Positions 41,015 through 56,374 of a DNA stretch of 64,000 nt are shown in pieces. The notes beneath the pieces are model-generated. The model searched no databases. It was not told the DNA's origin and saw nothing but the letters and a program-made list of their open reading frames with translations. The position numbers and the translations under genes were made by a program. Position 1 is the first letter of the stretch; every line of letters begins with the position of its first letter. The DNA comes from Octopus vulgaris (Eukaryota), in assembly GCA_951406725.2 (NCBI GenBank), contig OX597823.1, positions 111,538,001-111,602,000 on the forward strand, written 5' to 3'.

Positions 41015-41780
41015 TAATAATAATCCTTTCTATTATAGGCACAAGGCCTGAAATTTTGTGAGAGGGGACTAGTCAATTGCATCGTCCCCAGTGCAAAACT
41101 AGTATTTAATCCTTTCGTTACTGTATTTTTTTTTTCATTTTGATGCTCTGTGTTTCTTTCAATTACTTTAAATATAACAAAGAATTTAGTAAAATAACTT
41201 TGTTATCATTCAGCTAGTATTAGGAACATAAATTGGGACTAAAGTTTGGTGGAAGGTTTTAATTTAAAACTTATGAAAACAAGACATTTGTACTCAGAAC
41301 CAGAGCCAGTTTCAGCCTGGTTGGTAACGAAAGGGTTAATCTATCGATTCCCAAAGGATGAAAGGCAAAGTCAACCCTAGCTGCATTTGAACTCAGAATG
41401 TAAAGACAGACGAAATACCCAGCCATTTAGATTTTATTATTTTCCTTGGAGAGCTCACATAAGAAGGCACATTATAAAGCTGGGTTACAATTTGTATGTG
41501 TGTGTAAGTGAGGGGGGAGTGGTACAAGAAATTGGTGGGAGAAAAGGAAGTGGGATGTGGATAGAGAGAAATGAGATGAAATTGGCACAAAGCATCATGT
41601 GTGTGCAGAGGGAATAGTCGATGCTATCAACCACAATATTTGAAAACGACTTATTTTCTTTATCAATCACAATACGAATTAAAGTTAAAGTTGAAACCAG
41701 CAGTTTTAGAACTCAGAACATAAAGCTGCCATATAACTAAATTTGGCTTCCTACCAATTAATTCTGCCTTTCCACCACCA
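40300..41780 (-). mobile_element. Cluster of about 5 SINE family A copies separated by (ATA)n
   Basis: Repeated AAAGGCAAAGTC(G/A)ACC..TTTGAACTCAGAA at about 40360, 40570, 40810, 41370 and 41700. Confidence 0.85.
41110..41335. mobile_element. piggyBac-type MITE with TTAA TSD, nested in SINE A
   Basis: TTAA|TCCTTTCGTTAC..GTAACGAAAGGG|TTAA. Inverted homologue at 54796-55019. Confidence 0.85.
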
Positions 41781-42381
41781 AACCACCATTTGAGATTAAT
41801 ATTGCTTCTTATATTAATCAAATTTGAACAGATACAACACACACCGACACACACACACATAGACACACACTTACTCATGCATGTGCAAACACACATATGC
41901 ACACTTATAAGATTTGAGTTCAGGGAGCAAAATGTATAGAAAAAAATCCTTAAAATAATTACTATAAAGATGCTTAGTATTATGTATTATGATTTGGGCC
42001 TACTGAAAACACCTAACTTGTATTATAAATATTAATATTATTGTAATCAATATTTCAAAATCATAACAGTATAAAAAAATAGAAAAAAAAAAATTATCAA
42101 AGAGATAGTTTTCGTTTTTTCCGTTAGCAATTCGTTGACATGATTTTCACTTGAAGCAAGAAGACACACACATACACACACATATTTGTGTGTCCTTGTG
42201 TGTGTGTGTGTGTAGGTGTGTCTACGTATAGAGAGAGAAGAGAGAGGAAAGAAACCGAAGGGCAAAATAAATGAAAACATAAAACATAATTAAAAGCGGA
42301 CAACAATATGTATATACATACACATATATACATGTGTGTGTGTGTATGTGTGAGTTTATAAATATTATATGTACGTATTTA

Positions 42382-42427
<46 letters not shown>

Positions 42428-42819
42428 CTTACGCATATGTTCGTACATACAAACATACATATAATATATATTACAGCACCATAAAATAATGTGGAAAAAC
42501 AGAGTGAAAACATGACATATATATATGTATACACACACACATGTTTTTATTTATATATGCATCTGTATATGCTATATGTACATGTACATGTTTGTGTGTG
42601 TATGTGTATGTGTGTGTGTGTACATATACCTATACACAGTTCATCAAATGACAAAAGGCACACATTTCTGCGATTCAGTTTTCATTTTCCCATGACGCAG
42701 AAATTGGAATAGCGCCAAATTCTATAAAATACAAACAAATCTTTTATTTTATAAATTTTGTTTTATGAATACTTTGCTTATGTTTGTGTAAATGTATCTG
42801 TAAGTGTCTCTAAGAATCA

Positions 42820-42886
<67 letters not shown>

Positions 42887-43184
42887 TATACATACATATA
42901 TGAGTGTATGAGTTTTTTATGTGTGTATGTGAATTTGTGAGTGTTGGGCCAACATTGTTTTTTTTTTATTCGTTGTTTTTGCCAATCTTTTTACTTTATT
43001 CAAAAGAAAAAAATCTTGCTTCGATTTCCCTCCAGTGAATTTAATTGAAAAGAAAAAATACAAAATAAAATCAAAATTGGTTGTGGATATTCGTTTACTT
43101 TTTCTGATATGGTGTCTTTCTTGTGTGTGACAATGTATGTGAGTGTAAGAGTATATGTGTATACATACATATATATATATATAT

Positions 43185-43229
<45 letters not shown>

Positions 43230-43564
43230 TATATATTTATATTTATATACATACATACATTAATATACATTTGTATACACTCACACATATATATATATAT
43301 ATGTTATGGAATTGCGACTCATATCTACATATGTAGACAGAGAGAGATATAAGTGCATGAACATCCACTTACTGTCGCATAATAACTCACTCCCCAGCAC
43401 ATATGCCCTCACACATATAATACTTTCATATAAGTTTCCGTCACAATTCTTTAAAGATTTCAATCAATATTTTTTCTCCTTCCTTTTGAGACATATTTTT
43501 TCATTGCCAAAATTTAGGATATTTTTAGCTTCGAAAATACTATTATTATCATTATTATTATTAC

Positions 43565-43597
<33 letters not shown>

Positions 43598-44006
43598 CAT
43601 CATCATCATCATCACCATCTTATTCCCTTTCATATTTTTCATGACATGTTTTACATCTGTTTGATGGGGCTAGTGGATTTTGAGAAAATCATTTTTTTTT
43701 TCCTTCAAAACTTTTAGAAATTTTTTTTATATATTTCATAGCTTGGTTACTTCAGGTTTTTTGCCATTCAATTTTGTATTTATTAATTCATCTCATTTTT
43801 TACACCTTCTTTCTATTCTTCATTTTCCTACAGGGGTCTGCTACATTCATGTGTGCATTTGCTATGTATGTATGTATGTATGTATGTATGTATGTATGTA
43901 TGTATGTATGTATGTATGTAGGTATATATTTATGTATATATATATGTGTGTGTACATATATATAAAATGTATATATATATATATAGATATATATATATAC
44001 ATAATG

Positions 44007-44046
<40 letters not shown>

Positions 44047-44439
44047 GCACACATAAATATGTGTAAGCATATGGAGAAAGTAAACAAGAGAGAGAGAGAG
44101 AGGAAAGGACATATACATATACACACACATATAAAAATATATATATATATATGTATATATTCATTACAACTTGAAAATTTTGTGTTTCTTGGCCATTTAT
44201 CAAGGTGACTCATTGATTTCATGAAAGTCCAAATAAAAGAAAACTCAGAGTAGTGAAGATTGGGGTGGGGGTGGGGGAATTTTAGCTTTCAGTAAAATGA
44301 ATATTTAATATAAGCACTAAGTTTTCACTCCACTTCCATACTTTCAAATACACATATACTCAAAACTACACACACACACACACACACGCATGTATTATTG
44401 TTGCGATTATTATGATCGTACTTGTTGTTGTTTTTGTTA

Positions 44440-44900
44440 AGGCAGTAAGCTGGCAGAATCATTAGCATGCTGGACAAAATGTTTAGAAGCATTTCATCTG
44501 TCTTTGCATTCTGAGTTCAAATTCCACTGTGGTCGACTTTGCCTTTCAACCTTTCGGGATCAATAAAATAAATACCGGTTAATCACTTGTGTCAATGTAA
44601 TCGACTTAAGACCTCTCCAAAAGTTGCTGGCCTTGTGCCAAAATTTGTTGTTGTTGTTTTTGTTGTCGTTGTTGATGTTGTCGCTAACACAGAAAGCTGG
44701 AAGAATTATTAGCATGGTTGACAAAATACTTAGAAACATTTAATTTATCATTATGTTCTGAGTTCAAATTCCACCGAGGTCAGCTTTGCCTATCATCTTT
44801 TGGGGTTGATAAAATAAGTACCACTTGAACACTGGGGTCGATGTAATCAACTAGTCCCCTCCACCAAAATTTCAGGCCTTGTGCCTATTGTTGAAAGGAT
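44440..44900 (+). mobile_element. Two tandem SINE family A copies
   Basis: GGCAGTAAGCTGGCAGAATC..GAGTTCAAATTCC..GTCGACTTTGCCTTTC occurs twice. Confidence 0.9.
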
Positions 44901-45151
44901 TATTATTATTATTATGTTTGACTTTTGCTTTATATTTGTACAAGTTGGCTCCAAGTCTCACCCGGAGACCTCAAGAGACAACAGGTTGGAAGTTCACGTT
45001 GTTGTTATGCCCAGTGTGCCATATATTTGGTTGTTTTTTGTGTTGTACTGGTGGATGTCTAAAAAAGAATAAATAAATAAAGAAAATAAAAAGTTTGTTT
45101 TAAACCTTGAGATTACATAGAAAGTATTGAAAATATTATTATTATTATTAT

Positions 45152-45871
<720 letters not shown>

Positions 45872-45877
45872 GTTATT

Positions 45878-45921
<44 letters not shown>

Positions 45922-45993
45922 TATTATCATCATCATTATTATTATTATTATTGTTATCATTATTATTATTATTATTATTATTATCATTATTAT

Positions 45994-46145
45994 TGGCGTT
46001 AGGAAGGGCATCCATCTGTAGAAACACTGCCAGATAAGACTGGAGCCTGGTGCAGCCTTCTGGCTTCCCAGATCCCCGGTCGAACCGTCCAACCCATGCT
46101 AGCATGGAGAACGGATGTTAAACGACGATGATGATGATGATGATG

Positions 46146-46146
<1 letters not shown>
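45994..46146 (+). mobile_element. SINE family C 3' part
   Basis: Colinear with 4561-4743. Confidence 0.9.
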
Positions 46147-46180
<34 letters not shown>

Positions 46181-46186
46181 CAAAAC

Positions 46187-47508
46187 AAGAAGAAGAGCAT
46201 GACTGTTATTGGTAATAAATAGAGATTGACTCTTTTTATTAAAATGAAAACGAAACAAAGGAACAATATTTTGACACTGTGTATCTTTTACAAGTTCAAA
46301 ATATAAAGTGAAATTAAATTCAAAGATAGGAAATGCTGAAACATTCAAAGTTAAACCAGAATAACTGTGTTTCTTTTTTGATCATTGTGCAATAACATGA
46401 GTCAGACCAATTCCATCAAGAATTATAACAGGAATGTTAGGATTTACACAGAAGGAGGGATCTTTAAGGATTCCCATTTGGTGTATGCAGCAGAATGCAC
46501 CAAACACAAAATTATTCCTGTTGGTTGCATAACAAAACGATTGCAAAACAGATTTAGGTATGATGTCAGGCCAAATAATAGTGGTTCCATGGAACTTCCA
46601 GAGCATTTCACATCAAACAGGTGTAAATCTGAGAAGGGCCTGAAGAAGCACATTCTGAAAAAATAACCCCACTCCACTGCACTTCCAGTTCTCAAAATCC
46701 ATGAGGGTAGATATATTTGTGAGCTGTTGACATCTCAGCCTGGAGGAATTAATAAAATGGTGGGTGAATTCCACCATATATAGACTAAACTTTTTGATTG
46801 AATAATTTTTTCTCCAATAGGCGCAGGAGTGGCTGTGTGGTAAGTAGCTTGCTAACCAACCACATGGTTCCGGGTTCAGTCCCACTGCTTGGCATCTTGG
46901 GCAAGTGTCTTCTGCTATAGCCTCGGGCCGACCAATGCCTTGTGAGTGGATTTGGTAGACGGAAACTGAAAGAAGCCTGTCGTATATATGTATATATATA
47001 TAAGTGTGTGTGTATATGTTTGTGTGTCTGTGTTTGTGTGTCATTGCTTGACAACCGATGCTGGTGTGTTTACGTCCCCATCACTTAGCGGTTCGGCAAA
47101 AGAGACCGATAGAATAAGTGCTGGGCTTACAAAGAATAAGTCCCGGGGTCGATTTGCTCGACTAAAGGCAGTGCTCCAGCATGGCCGCAGTCAAATGACT
47201 GAAACAAGTAAAAGAGTAAAAGAGTAATTCTTTTCTTTCTTTTTGTCTTTTCTTTCTTTCTTTCCTTCTACTACCTTTTGGGAAATCCCAAAGACTGACG
47301 AAGTCGTTTTACTTGGAAAGAAATGCAGTTATTCTGGTTTAGATTTTAACGTTTCAGCATTTCCTATCTTTGAATTTAATTTTGTTTTATATTGTAAACT
47401 TGTAAAAGACACATGGAGTGTCGAAATATTCTTCCTTCATTTCATTTTCATTTCAGTAAACAGAGTCAATCTCTACTTATTACCAATAACAGTCACGCTC
47501 TTCTTCTT
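46187..47508 (+). mobile_element. 5'-truncated Penelope-like element: inverted pLTR piece, GIY-YIG fragment, pLTR
   Basis: 46187-46376 is inverted relative to 47317-47508. ORF 46385..46666 reads HLVYAAECTKHKIIPVG..RLQNRF..ELPEHF. CTGACGA hammerhead-like core at 47295. Confidence 0.8.
46819..47226 (+). mobile_element. SINE family B, full length, nested in the Penelope-like element
   Basis: AGGCGCAGGAGTGGCTGTGTGG..GAAACAAGTAAAAGAGTAAAAGAGTA. Confidence 0.95.
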
Positions 47509-47589
47509 ATTTCTTTACCTTCATGAAAAGTAACTTTAATCTTGAATAAATTTTATTATTGTTGTTGTTGTTGTTGATATTTATTGTTT

Positions 47590-47875
47590 TTGCACAGCTT
47601 CTAACACAGGAGATATACTATGGTGCCAGCTGTTCACTAACAACGAACTAAGGTAACACCCCTTATTTTTCGAGCATCATCCAGAGCATTCGAGTGGTTC
47701 CAAGCAGTGCTGTTTTCTGCAAGTGCTCCACCCTTATTGCATCCCCTATCTGCTCCATGTACTTCTCAAGATTTTTACTCCCTATTCCCAGGGCTCCAAC
47801 AATTATTGGTACTACTACCACCTGTTTCAGCAACCACAACTGCTTGACCTCCCAAGCCTACCTGTGATAGCATAA
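47590..47875 (-). mobile_element. R4/Dong-like LINE 3' end (REL endonuclease C-terminus)
   Basis: Manual translation VKQLW..VVPIIVGALGI..LQKTALLGTTRML. Sits between TTA/TTG and CAT/TAT triplet repeats. Confidence 0.8.
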
Positions 47876-47887
47876 TCATCATCATCA

Positions 47888-47937
<50 letters not shown>

Positions 47938-48065
47938 ATATATACATACATATATATACATATTTATATGTGTGTGTGTGTGTGTGTATTTATATACATA
48001 TATATATGTATATGTATATATGTATGTATGAGTGTGTATGTAAATATATATGCATATATATATGT

Positions 48066-48111
<46 letters not shown>

Positions 48112-48589
48112 GTATGTATATATATATGTACATATATATATGTCTATATGCTTATATTTATATATATATGCACAGCAGGGCCCTGCTAACTTTCTTCCGA
48201 AAGACAGACTCATTATTCACCATCCTTCTAACTGCAACTTTCCGTTGACACCCCTAATCTTTCTCACTGCCTGGAACCATTTCTCATATCCTTTGAGGGT
48301 CCACACAAATATTTCATCTCTATTTCAATCTGATTCCCATTACATTCTTTTCTAAAATTGAAGTTATTTATGTAGCCACTTGCTCTACTCTGGTCCCTTA
48401 GCTCATACTCTAACCCCCGTATCTCGTAGCCTAAAGTTGCCGCCTTGTAAGCTGGGTGGTACTCTCACTCATGTTGGTGGCATGAAAAAAGCAGCTTGTA
48501 CACAGTGTAAAGCTTCTGAATCAGGAAGGGTTCCCAGATTTAGAAACCATGCAAATGTAGACAACAGAGCATGCTGCTGTCTTTAGTTA

Positions 48590-48850
48590 TGAGGATGTAA
48601 ATGTACCAACACCAGTTGTCAAGTGGTAGTGGTGGTGGTGGTGGTGGTGGTGGTGTTAAACAAGCAAAGACACAAAGACAAATGCACATATTACATGTAC
48701 CTCTTTCAGTTTCCATCTGCCAAATCCACTCACAAGACTTTGGTCAATGTGAAGCTGGTAGAAGACACTTGCCCAAGGTTCCACACTGTAGTACTGAACC
48801 CCAAAACCATGTGGTTGGGAAGCAAACTTCTTACCACACAGCAACACTTG
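48590..48850 (-). mobile_element. SINE family B, diverged
   Basis: CAAATCCACTCACAAG..GAAGACACTTGCCCAAGG..CTTACCACACAGC. Confidence 0.8.
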
Positions 48851-49126
48851 CATGCTAGATATGAAACCAATGGTATCTCTCTAAAATTGTTACTTTACAC
48901 AATTTTTTATATATATATATATACATATATATATATACATACACATATACTTATATATATATATCCATATTTTTATATGGTACATATATATATCTATATA
49001 TGTGTGAATATATATATTTGTATATATGTATGTATGTATATATGTGTCCAACCCATGCTAACATGGAAAGCGGACGCTAAATGATGATGATGATGATGAT
49101 GATGATGGTGATAATGATGATGCATA

Positions 49127-49217
<91 letters not shown>

Positions 49218-50175
49218 GCACATATATATTTCTATGTATGTATGTATATCAAGAAACCAAAGGGAGCAGAAAACCTCATGGTGGGATAACATGATGATCA
49301 AAATAAAATTATTAGTTTGATGCTCTGAGTCATGGAAAGATTAATTATAATGCTTGAGACATTATTTTTCTTTAGAGCTGAGTGGAAAGAGAGAAAGTGA
49401 GACTAAGAAATTCAAACAAAATAAAGAGTAAATTAAGCGTAAATGCCCACATGAAGCTGGTCTATATTGATGTCCAGGAAGAAACTGTAAACAGGTTTTC
49501 TAACTGATTCCTTTCTCTGCTAGACTGTCTCATCTGAACCAACTTTGATTATAAATAGATAAAATCACTTTTGGAAAATTAAATGAATTTAGTGGAAAAA
49601 CCTTTCATCTAATTTGTATTTAATGAAAATTTTCACCTGCCCCAATTATTTTTTCTTGTAAGTTAGAGAAAAAGTTCGATGCTGGTGCCATTTTCCTGAA
49701 ATTTATAATAATGGTGAAGTTGATGTAGTTGACGTTAAGTTTTAACATTTCAAGCTTTATATCTACAGTAAAAAATATGTGTGCTTTAGGTGAAGGCATT
49801 CCAGATGTTAGTATTTCTGAGGAAGGAATGGAAAGAGTGTTTAGTGTATGCACAGGGAGAGGCGGCAGTAGAGATCTTTTATTCAGACATTTAATATTGA
49901 GGATTACATTGCATAATGTAGAGTGATATTTAGGAGAGATTTTTGGCTGCTCTTTCTAGTTGTTTGAACAACTTCATAGTCATTACCTCTATACCAAATA
50001 ATTGTAATTAGTCACTGAGCAGTGAAATAGTATCAGGAATTGTGTAGTTGGGTGTCACAGTGATCAATTGACTCAAATAAGCTTTTATGTTCCTTGCATG
50101 ACATAATTCAATAACTCTCATTTGAATTACAAGCAAGAAATGATCTCATAATCAGGGTTTAACTCTTGAGCAGAA

Positions 50176-50466
50176 CTATGCTCCAGATAGTTTAACCATA
50201 GCAAACTCCAGATTTTTGTTCCAGATAGTTTAACCATAGCAGACTCCAGATCTATGTTCCTGATAGTTTAACCATAGCAAACTCCAGATCTATGTTTCAG
50301 ATAGTTTAACCATAGAAAACTCCAGATCTATGTTCCAGATAGTTTAACCATAGCAAACTCCAGATCTATGTTTCAGATAGTTTAACCATAGCAAACTCCA
50401 GATCTATGTTCCAGATAGTTTAACCATAGAAAACTCCAGATCTATGTTCCAGATTTTTGAACCACA
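50176..50466. repeat. 38 bp minisatellite, about 7.5 units
   Basis: Unit CCAGATAGTTTAACCATAGCAAACTCCAGATCTATGTT starting at 50183, 50221, 50259 and so on. Confidence 0.95.
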
Positions 50467-51480
50467 ATGAGACATCTTGCCCTTTAGAACCCCCAAAGAA
50501 GATAAACAAATAAAACTATGTAAATTATTTAATTAAAATAATAAATTGCTAGAGTGTCAGGTAAGAATATATGTGGTGGTAATTGCTCATAGTCACATAT
50601 TTACATTCAAAGATCAAATCTCATACAGTTTGACTTTGTAGTTAATCCTTTCAGTTCAATAAAAATAAGCAGCAGAAGCCTCCAAGTACTTGACGTTGAT
50701 ATAATCAACAGTCAACAATACTCTTCAAAGCTGTACCCCAGCATGGCCTCAGTCCAATGGCTGAAACAAGAAATAGAATAAAAACAGAAATATAGCAGAA
50801 TGAAAGAAAAGAAAAAAAATGCAATAAAGACTGCTAATATAGATAATCAAAGGAAATATTTTCATAAAAGATATATTCATGAGATATGATATGAGAATGA
50901 AGGCGGAAACTGGGAAAATTGAAATCTGAGGTATAAGAAAAGAAAAGAAGGAAAAAAACAAAGCAAAGTAACATACATATAAAAGCCATGAAATTGACTG
51001 GTCAAAACTAATTTTAAGGATACTAGCCATGCGGTATTTTACTGTATAAATAGTGGTGTTTCTCTACCTTCACAGCCACACATACTGGCCAGTGTGTGTC
51101 TCCCTTTGTTACACTGAAAGCTATTGCATGCTAAGGCTATTTGGTCAATATTTATGTATCTATATGGACATGTGTCTGTTCCTCTGAGTATGATGCTTCT
51201 TTGTGTGTGTGGACACATGTGTGAGTGAGTCAGTGAGTGAGCATGCATGTGTGTGTGTGTATTAATATATATATATATTGATACAAATATATATGTATAT
51301 ATATATATGTATGTATATACATATTTATATATGTATATATATATGTACATATATATATATTAATAGATTTATATATATATATGTATATATATTAATATAT
51401 ATATATATCTATATTTATAATAAGCAGGCTTTGATATATGAATATCTATTTGCAATTATTTATATATATATATGTATATA

Positions 51481-51527
<47 letters not shown>

Positions 51528-51656
51528 TTATATATGTATATACATATATATACATATATATACATATATATACAAGCGTATGTATATATATATGTATTTA
51601 TATAGGTATGTACATGCATATATACACACATATATATATATATGTATATATATGTA

Positions 51657-51708
<52 letters not shown>

Positions 51709-52497
51709 GACACATATATCCATGTATGTATACAAAAATAGTTATGTGAAGGCTTAAGAACTGATGTGTTTGTTGATATAGGTATTTGGACATGACCACA
51801 TGGACTTCACACAAATGTGTGCGAGTGTGTATAGTGTAGTGTTCTGTGTGCATAGATTTTATATATTTATCTGTCCATCTATTGTCAATAGTATGAATAT
51901 ATGCATGTACATACAACCATACATATGCATATATACATATATGACATGAACATACTAATATGTATATAAATATATAAATACACACTCTTATACACACATA
52001 TATATAAATCATACTTTGCAACTCTTTCTACCTGTATGGGTATATGCAGCATATATTTATACACACAAAATCTTACATATACACATAAATATGTGTTTAT
52101 ATGTCTTTATATATTATATATATTCATGCATACATCAATGCAAAAATGTTTATATGCAATTGTGTGCACATTTGGTTGCATGCACACAAATGCTAATGCA
52201 TATACAGTGGCACAACTCACTCATCCATTCTCTCCCCCCTGGATCTGTGTGTGTGAATATGTAGTGCATGTGTGTGTGTGTATGTGCTCTTATACACATA
52301 CGCATGCACATATAGTCACGCATTTACATATATATATAAATCTGTGTATGTATATATCTATGAATGGATAACTTTCATAAGTTATTTCATATATATAGAT
52401 GCGTATGTGTGTGTGTATTAATATATGCATACATACATGTACACAAACACATATATATGATACATACATATAATACATACATACATATATGTATATA

Positions 52498-52560
<63 letters not shown>

Positions 52561-53050
52561 AGAGAGAGCTTGGTATTTATCTATCTATCTCTCTATCTAT
52601 CTGTCGTTCTGTCTATCTGTATGTATGTATGTATGTATGAAGGTATGCATATATGTATGGATGGATATTCGCGAATATATCACTATCATTGCTTTGGAAA
52701 ATGTGCAGCATTTTATGAAAGCAACAAAATAATGGAAATTGGTTACCAAAATTGACATAATGCATCTTGCAGATCTGAAAGGTTAATAGCACCATCTCTG
52801 CAAGAGATTCTTCCACAGAGGCAAATATATTTACTGAAATAAGCAGTAGAGTATCTTCCATTGTAATATATTTGAGTTTCTTTCCTATAACGATGTTTAC
52901 TCAAAATCTCTTTCGTCTTACATGTTTTTCAAAATCCATTGCTTATTTTCTCTCTGTTCTTTCCCTTCCATTCTGTTCCACTCTCACCCTCTTTCTCACT
53001 ATGTATACACACACACAAACCAAGAATGAGAGTGATATATATATCAATAA

Positions 53051-53111
<61 letters not shown>

Positions 53112-53445
53112 AATAAATATATATATATTCTTCATTTGATCTATGTTCTTCCTTATTTCTCTTCTTATTCTCTCTGTCTATTAAACACGTTTTATATATT
53201 TCTCTAAAAGTCTATTCCCATTATGGGTTAAGGTAGAAATTATTACCTTTTCATGAAAAAACTCCATTTTATTTCTTTTACATCTTTGCTACTGTGCTGC
53301 AAATATTCAATGTCAATTACATTATTTTAAGTTCTGCAATAATTAGTGTTTCATTATTAGTGGGGCAAAGCTAGGTACATAACCTCTAACCAGTTTCTAC
53401 TCATATCAGTAGTTGGTTGTCAGGACACTACCTCATTTATATAAT

Positions 53446-53847
53446 TACTCTTTTACTTGTTTCAGTCATTTGACTGTAGCCATGCTGAAGCACCACCTTT
53501 AGTCAAGCAAATCGACCCCAGGACTTATTCTGCGTAAGCCAAGTATTTATTCTATCGGTCTCTTTTGCTGAACTGCTAAGTTATGGAGATGTAAACACAC
53601 CAGCATCGGTTTTCAGGCGATGTTGGGGAGACAAAGAGAGATGCACAAACATATACACACACATACAAATATACATATATATACGACGGGCTTCTTTCAG
53701 TTTCCGTCTACCAAATCCACTCACAAGGCTTTGGTCGGCCCGAGGCTATAGTAGAAGACACTTGCCCAAGGTGCCACGCAGTGGGACTGAACTGGGAACC
53801 CTGTGGCTGGTAAGCAAGCTACTTACCACACCGCCACTCTTACGCCT
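53446..53847 (-). mobile_element. SINE family B, full length
   Basis: Colinear with 3925-4351. Confidence 0.95.
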
Positions 53848-54795
53848 ATATTCAGAAAAAAATTTTTGAGATAATTAATAATCATTCATTCAGTAATGCA
53901 GAGTTTTTAAAAATTAAAATAATCATGTATGTTGATGTCTGTTGTAACCCTTTCTACAAACCACACCACACACACACACACACACAAGCGCACATACATA
54001 CATATAAACATATACAGACATATATCTAAAAATGCAAGATGAAGCATATCATGAGAGGACAGACATCGAGATAGGTCAAATAGTTTTTCATCGACCAAGC
54101 AAAACAGAACCATTTACTAGTGATAGATACATTTGGTTGTCATTTGTAGGTTGTCTTTTTTTTTTAAATAAACCATCTTTCTTCAATAAATTTTAAAAGG
54201 AAATGTTTGCTACATATATAATGGCATTTATTGATTAAGTAAACGCTGATATAAAGGATACAATAAATGCTTTCTTTTTATAATTTTACAAATATGTTTC
54301 TTTGTGTATTTTCATTGATATAAACTGGAGCCATACTAGCATTCAGTGGTCATTGAAATGGTTCCTTGGTAAATGATCCATCTATCTTAATCACACTAAG
54401 TCGTATATATACTGTTTGTTTTCTATCAAATCCATCCTCAGATTTGATATGCATAATAATTATGTGTATCACAGACCCTAAACCTGAAATATGGACATAG
54501 GGAATAGTTGATCACATCTATACCAGTTCAATACTGGTATTTTATTTCATCTAACCCAATGGGATAATATTAGAGTTGAATGAACTTCATGTGATTTGAA
54601 CTCAGAAAATGAAGAGCTGAAATAAGACCTGCAAGGTATTTTTATCTAATGCCCTGACAATTCTACCAGCTAATTGCTTCAATAATAATCTCTAATTTGG
54701 GCCAACAGTTTTGTCAGTGAGAAGGTTAGTCAGTTACAGCGGCAAGTACAATATTTCATTGATTACCAAAGAGTGAAAAGCAAAGCTGATCTTAA

Positions 54796-55019
54796 CCCTC
54801 TCGATACCAACCCACCTGAAACCACCTCCGGTTCTGAGTACAAATATCTTGTTTTCAAAAGGTCTGAGTTAAAATCTTTCATTAAACCTTAGTCACAATT
54901 TATGTTCATAACACTAGCTTAATGATAACTAAGTTATTTTACTAAGTTCTTTGTTAAATTTAAACTTAATTGAAAGAAACACAGCAGGGTGTCTCAACAG
55001 AAATATGGTAACAAAAGGG
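54796..55019. mobile_element. piggyBac-type MITE with TTAA TSD, nested in SINE A
   Basis: TTAA|CCCTCTCGATACC..GGTAACAAAAGGG|TTAA. Confidence 0.85.
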
Positions 55020-55751
55020 TTAATGTGATTTGAACTCAGAATGCTAAAGCAAGAGCACATACAACAAGGCATTTTGTCCAACACTATGCTGATTCTGCCA
55101 ACCTGTCACCATAATAATTAAAACATGCTTTAATAATTATATTCTGATAATACTTTATAATACAGTGTCTTTTTTTGGTAGCTCAAAATAACTCTGTGTA
55201 GAGCAACTTTACCAATTTAATACTTATTCAGGAGATTATTTTTGATGTGTATCTCATTGCCAGTATATTTCGCCTGCAATCTATTCTGTTTCTTATAATT
55301 CAATTTGTATTTCTCTCTTCCAGTCATTAAATAAAACTAATTGAATCTAGATTCTCTCATTTGGTATACGACTCTTACAAGAATTACCATCCAGATAGAC
55401 ATCATCATCATCTTCATAATCTAACAATTTTTGAACCTACTGATATGTCTATCTAAACCCTTAAAATATTGTTTTAAGATGAATTTTTTTTTCTTGTTTT
55501 ATTCCTTTGAGTGTCACTTTGAGTCTCTGTTTTCTTTAGTTTTGACCTGAACGAACATGTTATTTTTACATGCAAATATATTCTGACCTCTGATGACACA
55601 AAGTACACTGAATCAGTTTATGTACTCTATAAGACCAGTAAATAACTTGCAAAGAATAATGAACATTATATATAAGTACGTGTAGAAATATGTGTGTATG
55701 AAGGTGAGCATATATGCTTATATGTGTATATCTATCTATCTATCTATCTAA

Positions 55752-55814
<63 letters not shown>

Positions 55815-55826
55815 CATACACACACA

Positions 55827-55857
<31 letters not shown>

Positions 55858-55876
55858 TATATATATGTATATATAT

Positions 55877-56070
55877 TCGCCATGATAGATCGGTAGCCAT
55901 TACACACATTTTTTTTTTTCTCCCTGTTTATTTCTGTGTTCCTTTCTGTGGAACAGCATAGGCTCAAAACGTTAAAGACTTTTTCAATTCCCAAGCGTTA
56001 TACTAATTCATTTGTTTGTTTTCGACACCACCTGTCTTCATCTTTTGTTTTTTCATGAATTCTCCCCCTA
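55877..56070 (+). mobile_element. Repeat family D copy
   Basis: CCTTTCTGTGGAACAGCATAGGCTCAAAACGTTAAAGAC. Homologous to the copies at 5375 and 22957. Confidence 0.75.
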
Positions 56071-56076
56071 GAGCAT

Positions 56077-56220
56077 GGCGTTAGGAAGGGCATCCAACCG
56101 TAGAAACATTGCTAGATCAGACTGGGCCTGGTGCAGCCTTCTAGCTTCCCAGACCCCAGTTGAACCGTCCAACCCATGCTAGCATGGAAAGCGGACACTA
56201 AACGATGATGATGATGATGA
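56077..56220 (+). mobile_element. SINE family C 3' part
   Basis: Colinear with 4561-4743. Confidence 0.9.
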
Positions 56221-56230
56221 TATATATACA

Positions 56231-56296
<66 letters not shown>

Positions 56297-56342
56297 CATA
56301 CATACATACATACATACATACATACATACATACATACATACA

Positions 56343-56374
<32 letters not shown>

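Noticed and set aside
46819-46895. tRNA gene-like A/B boxes (also at 10090 and 16470-16540)
   Set aside because: These are SINE heads continuing into SINE bodies, with no complete cloverleaf or terminator.
50176-50466. CRISPR-like periodic array
   Set aside because: Units abut with no unique spacers, no cas genes, eukaryotic context.
52746-52832. Minus-strand exon-like segment (VNIFASVEESLAEMVLLTFQICKMHYVNF)
   Set aside because: Splice-like signals exist but there is no recognisable homology or partner exon; expected by chance.
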